Source: Actinomycetes bacterium
GTDB taxonomy: Bacteria > Actinomycetota > Actinomycetes > S36-B12
Direction: 5' to 3'
Assembly (NCBI GenBank): GCA_965278965.1
Contig: OZ257127.1
Span: 39,159-103,158 of the forward strand
Length of the DNA: 64,000 nt
Of this stretch, positions 1 to 8,935 are shown piece by piece. The notes beneath the pieces are model-generated. The model did no database searches, was not told the origin of the DNA, and saw only the letters and a list, made by a program, of their open reading frames with translations. The position numbers and the translations under genes are program-made. The first letter of the stretch is position 1. Each line of letters starts with the position of its first letter.

Positions 1-471
1 GGCCCGCGACAGCTCGCCCCGGGCGACCTCGTCGTCGTCGACGCCGGCGCGCTGGTCGACGGCTACCACGCCGACATGACGCGCACGTTCGTCGTCGGCG
101 AGCCGGCGCCATGGCAGATCGAGCTGCACGGCCTCGTCCAGGCGGCCCAGGCCGCCGCGATGGCCGAGTACCGCGACGGTGCCGACGTCCGGGGCGTTGA
201 TCAGGTCGCACGCGACCTGATCGCGGACGCGGGCCATGCCGAGCACTTCGACCATGGCCTCGGTCACGGGGTCGGCCTGGAGATCCACGAGCCGCCGTTC
301 GTAGGACCCCGCGCGACCGGTACGATGAGCGCCGGCATGGCGATCACCGTCGAGCCCGGCGTGTACCTCCCGGGCCGCGGCGGAGTTCGCATCGAAGACA
401 CCCTCGTCGTCACCCCGGGGGGCCCGCGTGTGCTCACACCGGCTGCCCGCGGGCTGAGCGTCGTGGGCTGA
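1..471 (+). CDS. Xaa-Pro aminopeptidase (M24 family), 5'-truncated by window edge
   Basis: Motifs D-x-G-x-x-x-D-GYHADMTRT, HGLGHGVGLEIHE, TVEPGVY and GGVRIED; typical position upstream of efp. Confidence 0.9.
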   Translation, partial: GPRQLAPGDLVVVDAGALVDGYHADMTRTFVVGEPAPWQIELHGLVQAAQAAAMAEYRDGADVRGVDQVARDLIADAGHAEHFDHGLGHGVGLEIHEPPFVGPRATGTMSAGMAITVEPGVYLPGRGGVRIEDTLVVTPGGPRVLTPAARGLSVVG

Positions 472-495
472 CACACAGACGCTGGAGCAGAAACC

Positions 496-1059
496 GTGGC
501 CACCACGAACGACCTGAAGAACGGCATCGTCCTCAACCTCGACGGCCAGCTGTGGGCCGTCGTCGAGTTCCAGCACGTCAAGCCGGGCAAGGGCGGTGCG
601 TTCGTCCGGACCAAGCTCAAGAACGTGCTGTCCGGCAAGGTCGTCGACCGCACCTTCAACGCGGGCATCAAGGTCGAGACGGCGAACGTCGACAAGCGCG
701 AGATGCAGTACCTGTACAAGGACGGCGACGACTGGGTCTTCATGGACACGCAGTCCTACGACCAGCTCCCGGTGCCTGCCTCGGTCGTCGGCGACGCCAG
801 CAGGTACCTGCTGGAGAACCAGAGCGCGACTGTCGCGACGCACGACGGGGCGCCCCTGTACGTCGAGCTGCCGCCGTCGGTCGAGCTGATGATCACGTAC
901 ACCGAGCCGGGCCTTCAGGGGGACCGGTCGACCGGCGGCACGAAGCCGGCGACGCTCGAGACCGGCGCCGAGATCCAGGTGCCGTTGTTCATCGAGTCCG
1001 ACACCAAGGTCAAGGTCGACACCCGCGACGGCTCGTACCTCGGCCGCATCAACGACTGA
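496..1059 (+). CDS. efp: Elongation factor P
   Basis: [12 protein letters not shown] loop, [15 protein letters not shown]. Confidence 0.98.
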   Translation: MATTNDLKNGIVLNLDGQLWAVVEFQHVKPGKGGAFVRTKLKNVLSGKVVDRTFNAGIKVETANVDKREMQYLYKDGDDWVFMDTQSYDQLPVPASVVGDASRYLLENQSATVATHDGAPLYVELPPSVELMITYTEPGLQGDRSTGGTKPATLETGAEIQVPLFIESDTKVKVDTRDGSYLGRIND

Positions 1060-1060
1060 C

Positions 1061-1486
1061 GTGTCAGCCCGCAGCAAGGCCCGTAAGCGCGCCCTCGACG
1101 TCCTCTACGAGGCGGACATCCGCGAGGTTCCCGTTGCCGACGTCCTGGTCGCCGCCCAGGAGCGACGGCATGACGACGGGCAGACGGCGCTGAACCCGTA
1201 CGCGGTCGAGCTCGTCAACGGGGTCCTGGAGCACCAGGAGTACATCGACGAGCTCCTGGGGAGCTACTCGCAGGGCTGGGCGCTGGACCGGATGCCGGCT
1301 GTCGACCGTGCCATCTTGCGGCTCGGCTCGTACGAGCTGTTGTGGCGCGATGACATCCCGGACGCGGTGGCGATCGCCGAGGCCGTCACCCTCGCCCAGG
1401 AGCTGTCGACCGACGACTCCGCGGCGTTCGTCAACGGGCTGCTGGGTCGCCTCGGCGAGCTCAAGCCGCGACTCGCGCTCGGCTGA
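1061..1486 (+). CDS. nusB: Transcription antitermination factor NusB
   Basis: ARSKARKRAL, W-x-L-DRMPAVDRAILR, FVNGLL; follows efp. Confidence 0.97.
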   Translation: MSARSKARKRALDVLYEADIREVPVADVLVAAQERRHDDGQTALNPYAVELVNGVLEHQEYIDELLGSYSQGWALDRMPAVDRAILRLGSYELLWRDDIPDAVAIAEAVTLAQELSTDDSAAFVNGLLGRLGELKPRLALG

Positions 1487-1511
1487 GCGCGAGCCGCAGC
1501 CCGAAGCAGAC

Positions 1512-2024
1512 CTACGACGCCTTGGACGCCGACACCGTCAGAACGGTCTGGCCCTCTGCGCCCATCCCGCTGACGTTGACCGTGTAGCCGTTGCCCTCGT
1601 AGTCGGCCGACGCGAGCATGTCCATGCTCGGCATCGTGCCCTCGGAGGGCTTGAGGGTGAACCCGGCGCCTTGGAGCAGGGCGCCGTACGCGGCGACCGC
1701 GTCGGCCGGGCTCTGGTCGACGGTCCACAGTGCTGATGCGGTGCCGTCCGGCTCGACCGCGGCGGCGTTCAGCGAGCCGGCGTCGTAGGCCGGCACCTCG
1801 GCCGGCCAGCCGTCGGGCAGCTCCACGTTCTCGCCGATCGTCACCGCCTTGCCGCTCTCGTCGGTGATGGTGACGTTGCCGTCGTTGATGTCGACGTCCC
1901 CGCCGATTGCGGCCTCCGCCGCGTTCTCGGCCGCGCTCTCGACGCCCCCGCACGCGGCGAGCACCGGTGCCCCGAGGGCCAAGGTGACGGACAGCAGGAC
2001 GACGGACATGCGTGATCTGTTCAT
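1512..2024 (-). CDS. Hypothetical lipoprotein
   Basis: GGAGG RBS before ATG 2024; hydrophobic signal with LAAC lipobox; ELPDGWPAEVP motif. Confidence 0.7.
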   Translation of the reverse strand: MNRSRMSVVLLSVTLALGAPVLAACGGVESAAENAAEAAIGGDVDINDGNVTITDESGKAVTIGENVELPDGWPAEVPAYDAGSLNAAAVEPDGTASALWTVDQSPADAVAAYGALLQGAGFTLKPSEGTMPSMDMLASADYEGNGYTVNVSGMGAEGQTVLTVSASKAS

Positions 2025-2204
2025 AGTGACTCCTCCTAAGTCGCTCGCGAGCCTACGGAACGGCACCCGCAGCCGCACGGCGGCTCGCGCGGCTATGACC
2101 GCGACGTATCTCACGTGCAGGTCGAATGGTGCGGACGACGTGGTCGTGTCCGCCGTCGATCCGTAGGCTCGCGGTGGGGGGTATTCCAGATGTTGCCGTA
2201 CGCG

Positions 2205-2633
2205 ATGTCGAGCACGGAGCGGTCGACCGTCTCGAAGATCATCCTCACGGTCGTGATCCTCGCGGGGGCCGCCGGAGGTCTCACCGTGAGGTACTACCGG
2301 TGGCGCCGAGCCGTGGTCGCCTATGAGGCCGCGCGGGCTGCTGCCGACCGAGCCGGGCCGCTGCCTCCCGGCACGCCACCTCCGCCTGGGGATGGCTCGA
2401 CGTACGAGAAGCCACCCGACTCCTTCCTTGCGCCGATGGACGGCGACGCCGACCTCGGCAGCTGGAAGGCATGGATGCCGCGGGGCTTCTGGAGCTTCTA
2501 CCGCATGTGGAGGTTCGTCCGGTGGTCGGGCGGTGTTGATCCTGAGGGGTTGCAGGCCTCGATGCCGACGACGTATTGGGCGTTCTCACGCGTGAGAAGA
2601 CTCATCGCTAGGTGGCGAGAGGCACGGCGGTAG
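2205..2633 (+). CDS. Hypothetical membrane protein (start uncertain, 2190 or 2205)
   Basis: N-terminal TM segment IILTVVILAGAAGGL followed by a Trp/Arg-rich tail. Confidence 0.5.
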   Translation: MSSTERSTVSKIILTVVILAGAAGGLTVRYYRWRRAVVAYEAARAAADRAGPLPPGTPPPPGDGSTYEKPPDSFLAPMDGDADLGSWKAWMPRGFWSFYRMWRFVRWSGGVDPEGLQASMPTTYWAFSRVRRLIARWREARR

Positions 2634-2643
2634 GCCGTCCGGG

Positions 2644-2763
2644 GCAAGCGCCCTCTGCCCTCGCTGCGTGCCCCGGGTGTTCGCTCGCTGCGCTCGCTCG
2701 ACCCGTGCCACGCGCTCGGCAAAGTGCGCAAGCGCCCTCTGCCCTCGCTGCGTGCCCCGGGTG
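2644..2763. repeat. 36-bp exact direct repeat (2644-2679, 2728-2763) containing the tRNA-Leu 3' end
   Basis: gcaagcgccctctgccctcgctgcgtgccccgggtg occurs twice, 84 bp apart. Confidence 0.9.
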
Positions 2764-2774
2764 GGATTCGAACC
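2747..2774. repeat. att core, left copy (duplicated tRNA-Leu(CAA) 3' end)
   Basis: gctgcgtgccccgggtgggattcgaacc is identical to 12576-12603. Confidence 0.93.
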
Positions 2775-2878
2775 GAGGCCACGTCCCGATCCGTGAGGGA
2801 AATAGGGCCGAATCCGGACAGACCCTGACACGTATTGGGTGTCTACGGGGGTCTGTTGGTGGTCGCTCGGGGGAGTGG

Positions 2879-2899
2879 TGTGCACCCGATGTGCACCGG
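2879..2899 (+). repeat. Candidate integrase arm-type site (tandem TGTGCACC)
   Basis: tgtgcacccgatgtgcaccgg; 20/21 identical to 12499-12519. Confidence 0.7.
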
Positions 2900-3028
2900 G
2901 GGAGAGCTCCGCCCGTTAGACGGACGACGTCACCCGATCACGCGCAGTAACAGCAAGGCGCCCCGCCCGAGCAGCAATCTCGGACGGGGCTGGCACCACC
3001 TCAATCCCGACTAAGGAAAGGCAGCACC

Positions 3029-3418
3029 ATGACCAGAGTGACAGACGCACTAGACGTCTCCAATGCAGCACACGCCGTCCAGTGGGACGGCTCCCGCCGG
3101 CACGCCAACGCGATCGTCGCTTGGATGCGAGCGCACGGAGTCGACTCCAGGTACGAGGCAGCCAAGCAAGTCACCGGGTGCCTGTACCCGCCGACGATCT
3201 GGCTGAGGATGCCAACCGCTGAGGACCGCCCCGGCCCCATCGCCGATCCCCGAGCGCCCTTCCTGCTGCAGGTCTACGCGGGCGGCTGGATCGTTCGGTG
3301 TCCGGCCGCAATCGACTGCTGGATCGCGGGGCAGCAGCTCGGCGTCGAGGCGCCGTACTGGGACGACAGAGGCGAACGAATCGTCCCGCCGAAGGTTCCT
3401 TCGGCCTACGAGGTTTAG
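3029..3418 (+). CDS. Hypothetical protein (element cargo)
   Basis: 129-aa ORF with AAGGAAAGG RBS-like sequence; AVQWDG motif seen in small phage proteins. Confidence 0.55.
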   Translation: MTRVTDALDVSNAAHAVQWDGSRRHANAIVAWMRAHGVDSRYEAAKQVTGCLYPPTIWLRMPTAEDRPGPIADPRAPFLLQVYAGGWIVRCPAAIDCWIAGQQLGVEAPYWDDRGERIVPPKVPSAYEV

Positions 3419-3470
3419 GACCCTCCGCTACGGGGAAGGCTCCCTACATCCGTGATCCCCCGCGCGGAAG

Positions 3471-3502
3471 CGACGCCCCGGCTGGCAACGGCCGGGGCGT
3501 CG
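3471..3502. terminator. GC-rich hairpin (possible terminator)
   Basis: cgacgccccggc / gccggggcgtcg 12-bp stem. Confidence 0.45.
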
Positions 3503-3517
3503 TGCTGCACTGGGGGC

Positions 3518-3706
3518 GTGATCGACCCTGCGATCGTGTCCGTCGGCCTGGATGATGCAGCCCGGCTCACGGGTGTCTCACGGTCCACGATTGAGCGCGC
3601 CCTGCGATCGGGTGCGCTGATCGCGCACTACCCGACGTCGCGGCCCCTCATCCTGATCCGGGATCTCGAGGCCTGGGTCGAAGCGGCCCCGACGGAGCGC
3701 ACATGA
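3518..3706 (+). CDS. Small HTH (excisionase/HTH_17-like) DNA-binding protein
   Basis: LDDAARLTGVSRSTIERALRSGAL...LILIRDLEAWV; GTG start inferred. Confidence 0.75.
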   Translation: MIDPAIVSVGLDDAARLTGVSRSTIERALRSGALIAHYPTSRPLILIRDLEAWVEAAPTERT

Positions 3707-3900
3707 CCGAGCCCCTGCTGACCGTCGCCGACGTCGCCGAGCTGTTCGGCGTTCGCACCCGGTTCGTCTACCGACTGGTCGACGAGCGCCGCATCCCGTT
3801 CATCAAGGTCGGCCGGTACCTGCGGTTCGACCCGGCGGACGTGGAGGCGTACATCGCTGAGCAGCGAACCGACGTTGCGACGCGATGGCCTCGCTACTGA
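3703..3900 (+). CDS. Excisionase-family HTH_17 protein
   Basis: LLTVADVAELFGVRTRFVYRLV...IPFIKVGRYLRFDPADVEAYI; ATGA-coupled to the previous gene. Confidence 0.88.
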   Translation: MTEPLLTVADVAELFGVRTRFVYRLVDERRIPFIKVGRYLRFDPADVEAYIAEQRTDVATRWPRY

Positions 3901-4850
3901 CTTGGGCGACTCGCCAGGAGAGCCCGAATGACCGCCGGATCGAGGCCCATGACTGGCTGCTCCGGACCCGAGTCAAGGAACCCGCTGTCGCTCGGCGCGA
4001 AGACTGCCTGCACCAGGGTGGCAGTGACGACATCTCGGCCTGCCTCCGTGGTCATTGCCGCCTCAAATAGCGTGTACGTGTTGAGTGCGTTCGCCTTCTG
4101 CTCATTCACGACGGCAGTGTGCATGTTCGACCGGTAGGCCTTGACTGTGAACGACAGTGCGTACGACAGAACGCCGAGAACGACCAACTTGACGAGGGTC
4201 TGTCGGACGAGGTCGACCCAGTCCGTGGTCGTGCTGCCGTCGGGCTCGGAGGTCAGGTACAGCCAGGCGATAAGGCCCGCGGCACCGAGCAGGAAGACTG
4301 CAAGAACGGCGGCGGCGATGAGGAAGTTGCGCGCGGTCTTGCGGTGGGCCGTGGCTTGGTCGGCGTAATGCCTGGAGATCTTCAGGGCTCCGACGTCGCC
4401 GGCAGACTTCTTGACTGTCTCAAGAATCTGAGCGACCTGAGCCTCGGCGGCCTTGGCGCTCTCAAGGGACGCGTCCAGTTCACCAATAAGCGCATTGCTC
4501 TCGACCGTCGTCTTGCGTATCTGGGGCTTGACGTCCTTGAGCACGAAATCGCAGAACGATGTGACTCTGTTCGCAAGGTCCGTGTGCTCGTTGCTTGAGT
4601 TGGGATTGGTCACGTCCAGGTTGCTCATCGCTGTCGTGATGTCTCGCAGGGTGTTCAGACCGGAGTTGAGCGCCGATGTAACCGACGGCGGCACGTCATA
4701 GTCGGATTCGTTCGCGTACTGCTCAATGAACTTCCGTGCCGACCGAAGTTGCTCAACCGAGTTGGCGAAGTTGAGGCTCCCGAGATCCTCCCTTCGGACG
4801 AGTTGATCGAGCTCGTCGTCCGACAGGAACTCCAAATGGAACTCTGACAC
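3894..4850 (-). CDS. Uncharacterised coiled-coil protein with two C-terminal TM helices (cargo, possible defence)
   Basis: 318 aa; helical N-terminus, two hydrophobic segments, NEQKANALNTY tail; visibly more A/T-rich than host genes. Confidence 0.75.
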   Translation of the reverse strand: MSEFHLEFLSDDELDQLVRREDLGSLNFANSVEQLRSARKFIEQYANESDYDVPPSVTSALNSGLNTLRDITTAMSNLDVTNPNSSNEHTDLANRVTSFCDFVLKDVKPQIRKTTVESNALIGELDASLESAKAAEAQVAQILETVKKSAGDVGALKISRHYADQATAHRKTARNFLIAAAVLAVFLLGAAGLIAWLYLTSEPDGSTTTDWVDLVRQTLVKLVVLGVLSYALSFTVKAYRSNMHTAVVNEQKANALNTYTLFEAAMTTEAGRDVVTATLVQAVFAPSDSGFLDSGPEQPVMGLDPAVIRALLASRPSQ

Positions 4851-4922
4851 CGTCCGCCCCCGTTCGAAGACCTTGACGGGGATTATGGCGCGTCCGGCCT
4901 ACAGGCGGCTTCGCAATCGTCG

Positions 4923-5333
4923 TCACAGCTCGGACCCGTCCTGGGCGAGCTCGCGGTCGACGTAGAACGCCTCGGCTTTGGCGAGCGGGTAGCTCGGGGA
5001 CTTCACGGGTCGGATGTCGGCGAGGTCGGCCATGAGGACGACACAGCGGTATGTGGGGGGCCAGGGTCCGCGCCACCACCACGGCGGATCGTCGTCTCCT
5101 AGGTACTGGTTGGCGGGGAAGTAGGGCAGGGCGTGGAGTCCGTGGCCGAGCTGGTTGTCGTCGACCCAGTCCGGCGCCGTGACCGTCGTGCCGACCGTGT
5201 AGGTGACGGGACCTACGCCCGGAGTGCGGGCGTACGACGTCAGGTCGAACTTCACCCGCTTGTACAACGTGATCTGGCCGGCGACGACGAGCGCCCCGTG
5301 TGCGGCGGCCCACGCCGCGGGGTCAGTCGTCAC
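4923..5333 (-). CDS. Hypothetical phage-type protein
   Basis: GTG 5333 overlaps the upstream TGA; LYKRV...YTVGTTVTAPDW...GHGLH pattern recalled from small phage domains. Confidence 0.65.
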   Translation of the reverse strand: MTTDPAAWAAAHGALVVAGQITLYKRVKFDLTSYARTPGVGPVTYTVGTTVTAPDWVDDNQLGHGLHALPYFPANQYLGDDDPPWWWRGPWPPTYRCVVLMADLADIRPVKSPSYPLAKAEAFYVDRELAQDGSEL

Positions 5334-5743
5334 GCCGCGCTCGACCAGGCGCGGGTGGCGGCGAACATCCGGTCCACGTCGTACGGCGGCCCAGTGGGTG
5401 GCGTCACGGCACCGCCGACCGTGCATCCGCTGAGGATGTAGGCGTTCGGGACTCGGCTGATCGGCTGAAGGCTGCTGACCGGCACAGAGACCTCGCGCCA
5501 CACCGCGGAGTAGGTGCCGCCGCTGCGGACGTACGGGCTGGGCGCGAAGCCGATCGCGTCGAGCACGACGTCTCCCTCGTCGGCGGGCACGAACGCGGGC
5601 CTCGAGTAGGTCTGACCGCCGTAGGTCGCGATCCACACCGTGGCGTTGCCGCCAGCGACAGGCACGCCCCAGGCTGCACACCACTGTTCGGCGGTGGGCG
5701 TCCACGTGGCGTCGTGGTAGCGGGGCGGGTAGGTAGTCCACAT
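5330..5743 (-). CDS. Hypothetical protein
   Basis: 137 aa; start coupled to the protease stop, stop coupled to the next GTG. Confidence 0.6.
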   Translation of the reverse strand: MWTTYPPRYHDATWTPTAEQWCAAWGVPVAGGNATVWIATYGGQTYSRPAFVPADEGDVVLDAIGFAPSPYVRSGGTYSAVWREVSVPVSSLQPISRVPNAYILSGCTVGGAVTPPTGPPYDVDRMFAATRAWSSAA

Positions 5744-6375
5744 CAGCCGGCCGCCCGGACGCTGAGGATCTCCGCGCCGCCGTACGCCGGGAACGGCGTG
5801 GGTCCGAACTCGCGGAGCGCGATCTCGGTGCGGGTGACGAGCGTGAGTGAGCCGTCGACCCCGGGACGGAAGCCGCCGCGGGGTGTGCGGGTGTCCTGGC
5901 CGATGATGCCGCCGGACCAGGACATGCCGGTGAGGTCGCCGTTGCGGATCGCCTCCAGCACCTGATCGGCGAGCGGGGTGTTGTTGTAGCGGACCGCGGT
6001 GAGTAGGCCCTTGCCGTCGGGACGGATCTCGACGGGGCTGCCGAGTGGCATGGAGAACGTGTCCGACGGGGCGCCGGACAGCGTCTTGGCGTGGTTGTAA
6101 AACACGCCGAACCGCAGGGCCTTGTTCGCGAGCGCGCGGTTGAACGCGGTCGGTGCGAGCTGCTCCCGGTAGTGGCCTTCCTGGTCGAGGATCTCCGTCG
6201 CCTGGTTGAACACGGCGGCGTATGCCTCGACGGTGCGGCCGGTGCCGTCTGAGCGGATGGCGATGTCGGTGGCGTCGAGAGTGATCGAGCGGGTGACGAG
6301 CACGGCTGGCCTCCTCTCAGCGAGGGGTTGCCCTGGCGGTCCCGCCCAGCCGCGGGACCGCCAGGGAGTCGTCAA
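5743..6375 (-). CDS. HK97-family prohead maturation protease
   Basis: RTVEAYAAVFN, VFYNH (His), NGDLTGMSW (Ser), LREFGPTPFPAY. Confidence 0.92.
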   Translation of the reverse strand: MTTPWRSRGWAGPPGQPLAERRPAVLVTRSITLDATDIAIRSDGTGRTVEAYAAVFNQATEILDQEGHYREQLAPTAFNRALANKALRFGVFYNHAKTLSGAPSDTFSMPLGSPVEIRPDGKGLLTAVRYNNTPLADQVLEAIRNGDLTGMSWSGGIIGQDTRTPRGGFRPGVDGSLTLVTRTEIALREFGPTPFPAYGGAEILSVRAAG

Positions 6376-7862
6376 TGTTTCAGCAGCCGGAACGCATCGG
6401 CGTTGACCGACTCAGCGCCCACGCGGTAGTAGGCGGCGAGGCCCGCGCTGTACGTCGGGCGGTTGTTGTCGCCCATGATCATCGGGACCTCGACGAGCTG
6501 GGTCCCGATCCGGTCGACGACGATGTACTCGCTGAAGTCGCCGATGAGCAGGGAGCGGCTTCCGGAGGTGATCGCGCCGGTCATCTCGGACGCCTCGTGG
6601 ATCGGCTTGCCGACCAGGGTCGGCGGGGTGCCGTTGGCGAGCTGGACCCATAGGTCCGTGCCGCCGGTCTGGTCGAAGCGCCGGATGAGGCTGATGATCG
6701 TGTTGTTCGCCAGCCATGCGGTCTTCGCGCTGGCTCGCGCGCGGGGCGTGAGGGCATCCCAGACCTTGTAGACGTCGCCGACGACGAATGCACCGCCGGT
6801 CGTCGAGTCGACCTTGGAGCCCGTCGCTGCCGCGACCGCGGTCACGATGCCCTGCGGGGCCGTCGTTCCGTTGCCGGTGGCGAACGCTGTGGCCTCTTGG
6901 CGCTGCCGCGCGTCGGCGATGAGCCCGGGGAGCTGCGAGATCGCGTTGGTGTCCTGGAACACCTCGTACGAGCCCGTCAGGTACGCCGCGCCCTTGAACG
7001 TCGGGATCGTGACCCGATCGAAGGTCGGCGACGCGTCGGCCGCCTCCGCGCCCTCCGCGAGCCACTCCGCGGTCACGCCGGCCGAGACCACGCCGTTCCA
7101 GTCCCGCGTGATCGTTTGCTCGACGCGGGCGAGCTGCCGGATCGGGTGCGTTGCCCCGGCGTTGGTCAGCATCACGGTCGGGTCCAGCGACAGCGGCATG
7201 AGGTACCCGCCGTTGGCGTTCGTCAGGCTCATTGCCGCACGGACCGCCTCGACGCGGGCGTAGGACTCCCGCTCCTCCTCGGTCCACAGCATGTGCCCGC
7301 GCCGCGGGTCGCGCATCGCCTTGACGAACGCGCTGCGATACGCCGGGCTGGACAGGGCGATGACGTAGGCGGAGTCGCCGACGAGGTCGTCCCGGTCCAG
7401 GATCTCGGTCAGCCGAGAGCGGGCCGCGTCGTCGAGACCGGGAGCCTGCTCGATAACGGTACGAGCACGGCTCGCCAGCCCCATCGGGGAGTCGATCCGC
7501 ACGACGTCGTCACCGGCACCAGCGGCCCACGGGTCGGTGCGCTGCCGAACCTCGGCGTCGCCGGGTCGCTCCGGGGCGTGAAACGCGGCTTCGACCCGAT
7601 CCGGGTTGGACCGGGCGATGTCGCGAATCCGCTCGATCTGCTCGGCCCGGGTCACCTCTGCCGGCGTCTGAACCTGGCCGTCGTCCTCCAGGAGGAACAC
7701 GGCGCTGCGAGCCTTGTCGATACCGGCCATGAGACGGTCACTGCGCTCGACCTGGCCCGGAGTCCACTGGGACCGGTCGTTGCCCCAGGTCTGGTACATG
7801 CCGTCGAGCTGAGACTGGAGCGACTCGGCTCGGGCGGTCAGGGTGTTGATGTCATCAGCCAC
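6372..7862 (-). CDS. HK97-fold major capsid protein with N-terminal scaffold (delta) domain
   Basis: GGYLMP..LDP, AEWLAEGAE, LLIGDFSEYIVVDR, YYRVG...AFRLL; GGAGG RBS before GTG 7862; resembles M. tuberculosis phiRv1/phiRv2 capsids (from recall). Confidence 0.95.
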   Translation of the reverse strand: MADDINTLTARAESLQSQLDGMYQTWGNDRSQWTPGQVERSDRLMAGIDKARSAVFLLEDDGQVQTPAEVTRAEQIERIRDIARSNPDRVEAAFHAPERPGDAEVRQRTDPWAAGAGDDVVRIDSPMGLASRARTVIEQAPGLDDAARSRLTEILDRDDLVGDSAYVIALSSPAYRSAFVKAMRDPRRGHMLWTEEERESYARVEAVRAAMSLTNANGGYLMPLSLDPTVMLTNAGATHPIRQLARVEQTITRDWNGVVSAGVTAEWLAEGAEAADASPTFDRVTIPTFKGAAYLTGSYEVFQDTNAISQLPGLIADARQRQEATAFATGNGTTAPQGIVTAVAAATGSKVDSTTGGAFVVGDVYKVWDALTPRARASAKTAWLANNTIISLIRRFDQTGGTDLWVQLANGTPPTLVGKPIHEASEMTGAITSGSRSLLIGDFSEYIVVDRIGTQLVEVPMIMGDNNRPTYSAGLAAYYRVGAESVNADAFRLLKH

Positions 7863-8343
7863 GGAGGCCTCCAAGGAAATGCGCGATACGCGCGAGGAAT
7901 GAGGGGAGGCGGCAGGCGCTCGAAGGCGCGGGCCTGGCTGGGTCGAACGGGCCGGGCAGCAGGCCGTCCGGCAGGCCCTCCACGGGCGGGTCGGACGACG
8001 GGCCGAGCAGCGGGCTCGACGCGTCAGCGTCGGGATCAGTGTAGCGCGGGGGTGCGTCATCTAACGAGTCCGACGCAGTCATCTGGAGCAGCCGCGCGGC
8101 CTCGACGGGATCCATCCCGATCAGTTCCGTAGCGACGTCGACCATGAAGTGCCCGCGGTACATCACCCGCAGCGCCTCGTGCAGGTTGCCGGCATCGAAG
8201 TCGCCAAGCTCGTACTGCTGCCGCGCGAGCTCGGCGTGCGTCTCCGCGCGCATCTCAAGCATCCCTCGATCGAGCCGGCGAGCATCAGCCACGTACGAGT
8301 CGAAGATCCGCCGCAGCGTCTCCACCGCTTCCACGGCGCTCAC
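7855..8343 (-). CDS. Hypothetical protein
   Basis: GTG 8343 overlaps upstream TGA; helical N-terminus, Pro-rich tail overlapping the capsid start. Confidence 0.6.
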   Translation of the reverse strand: MSAVEAVETLRRIFDSYVADARRLDRGMLEMRAETHAELARQQYELGDFDAGNLHEALRVMYRGHFMVDVATELIGMDPVEAARLLQMTASDSLDDAPPRYTDPDADASSPLLGPSSDPPVEGLPDGLLPGPFDPARPAPSSACRLPSFLARIAHFLGGLRG

Positions 8344-8606
8344 GCCGCGTCCAACGGGTTGTCGCCGCCGAGCGAAACGATCTCGGCCGCCAGGTCCGTC
8401 AGAGCCACCGCGCGGTACAGCAGCGCGATCCGGGTGTGCAGATCCTCGGAATGGACGTCGCCGCGTTCGTGTGCCTGGTCCCGCAACCATTCGTACAGCT
8501 CCACCGCGTGATCGCAGGTCTCCCGGTCAGCGCTGAGAGCGTGCTCGATGTACGGCTCGGCGAGGGCACGCAGCGAGGCGATCTGGTCAGGGACGGGTGT
8601 GGTCAC
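8340..8606 (-). CDS. Hypothetical protein
   Basis: 88-aa helical ORF, coupled (GTGA) on both sides. Confidence 0.65.
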   Translation of the reverse strand: MTTPVPDQIASLRALAEPYIEHALSADRETCDHAVELYEWLRDQAHERGDVHSEDLHTRIALLYRAVALTDLAAEIVSLGGDNPLDAA

Positions 8607-8935
8607 GGGGTCTCCGATTCGCTGTTGAAGGTGTTGATGGCGGCACGCATTTGCTTGACGATCGAGACGTAGCCGGACAGCGTCGGCGGTGCCGTGTCGA
8701 CGACATGTGCCAGGTAGACGGCCAGAAGTCCCGCCGGGGTGGCGAGCTGCTCCGGGGTGTGGCCTGCCTCCAGTGCGGCCCGGATCGAGCCGGGTTCAGC
8801 GGGAATCGACAGGTCGGGCGGTGACGGCAATAGGCGCACGTTGAACGCCTGCTTGCGGCAGCGCGCCGAGCAGTACCGACGGGTCGATCTCCGCGCCGCG
8901 ATCGGCGCGCTGCACACGCAGCACAGGACGATCAC
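8603..8935 (-). CDS. Putative terminase small subunit-like protein with N-terminal Cys zinc finger
   Basis: CCVC...RRYCSARCR followed by helical LAVYLAHVVD...IVKQMRAAI; lies between HNH and capsid genes. Confidence 0.55.
   Translation of the reverse strand: MIVLCCVCSAPIAARRSTRRYCSARCRKQAFNVRLLPSPPDLSIPAEPGSIRAALEAGHTPEQLATPAGLLAVYLAHVVDTAPPTLSGYVSIVKQMRAAINTFNSESETP

Noticed and set aside
2644-2774. 36-bp direct repeat with a 48-bp spacer as a CRISPR array
   Set aside because: Only two copies, the repeat contains the tRNA 3' end, and there are no cas genes in the window.
4923-5743. Single 272-aa ORF or programmed frameshift joining two ORFs
   Set aside because: The N-terminal half of the 272-aa frame is Arg-rich shadow sequence. 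Two genes coupled by a GTGA overlap at 5330-5333 explain the region, and no slippery site is evident.
7863-8060. N-terminal extension of the capsid ORF (562-aa call)
   Set aside because: It overlaps the upstream gene and is low-quality sequence; a GGAGG RBS supports GTG 7862.
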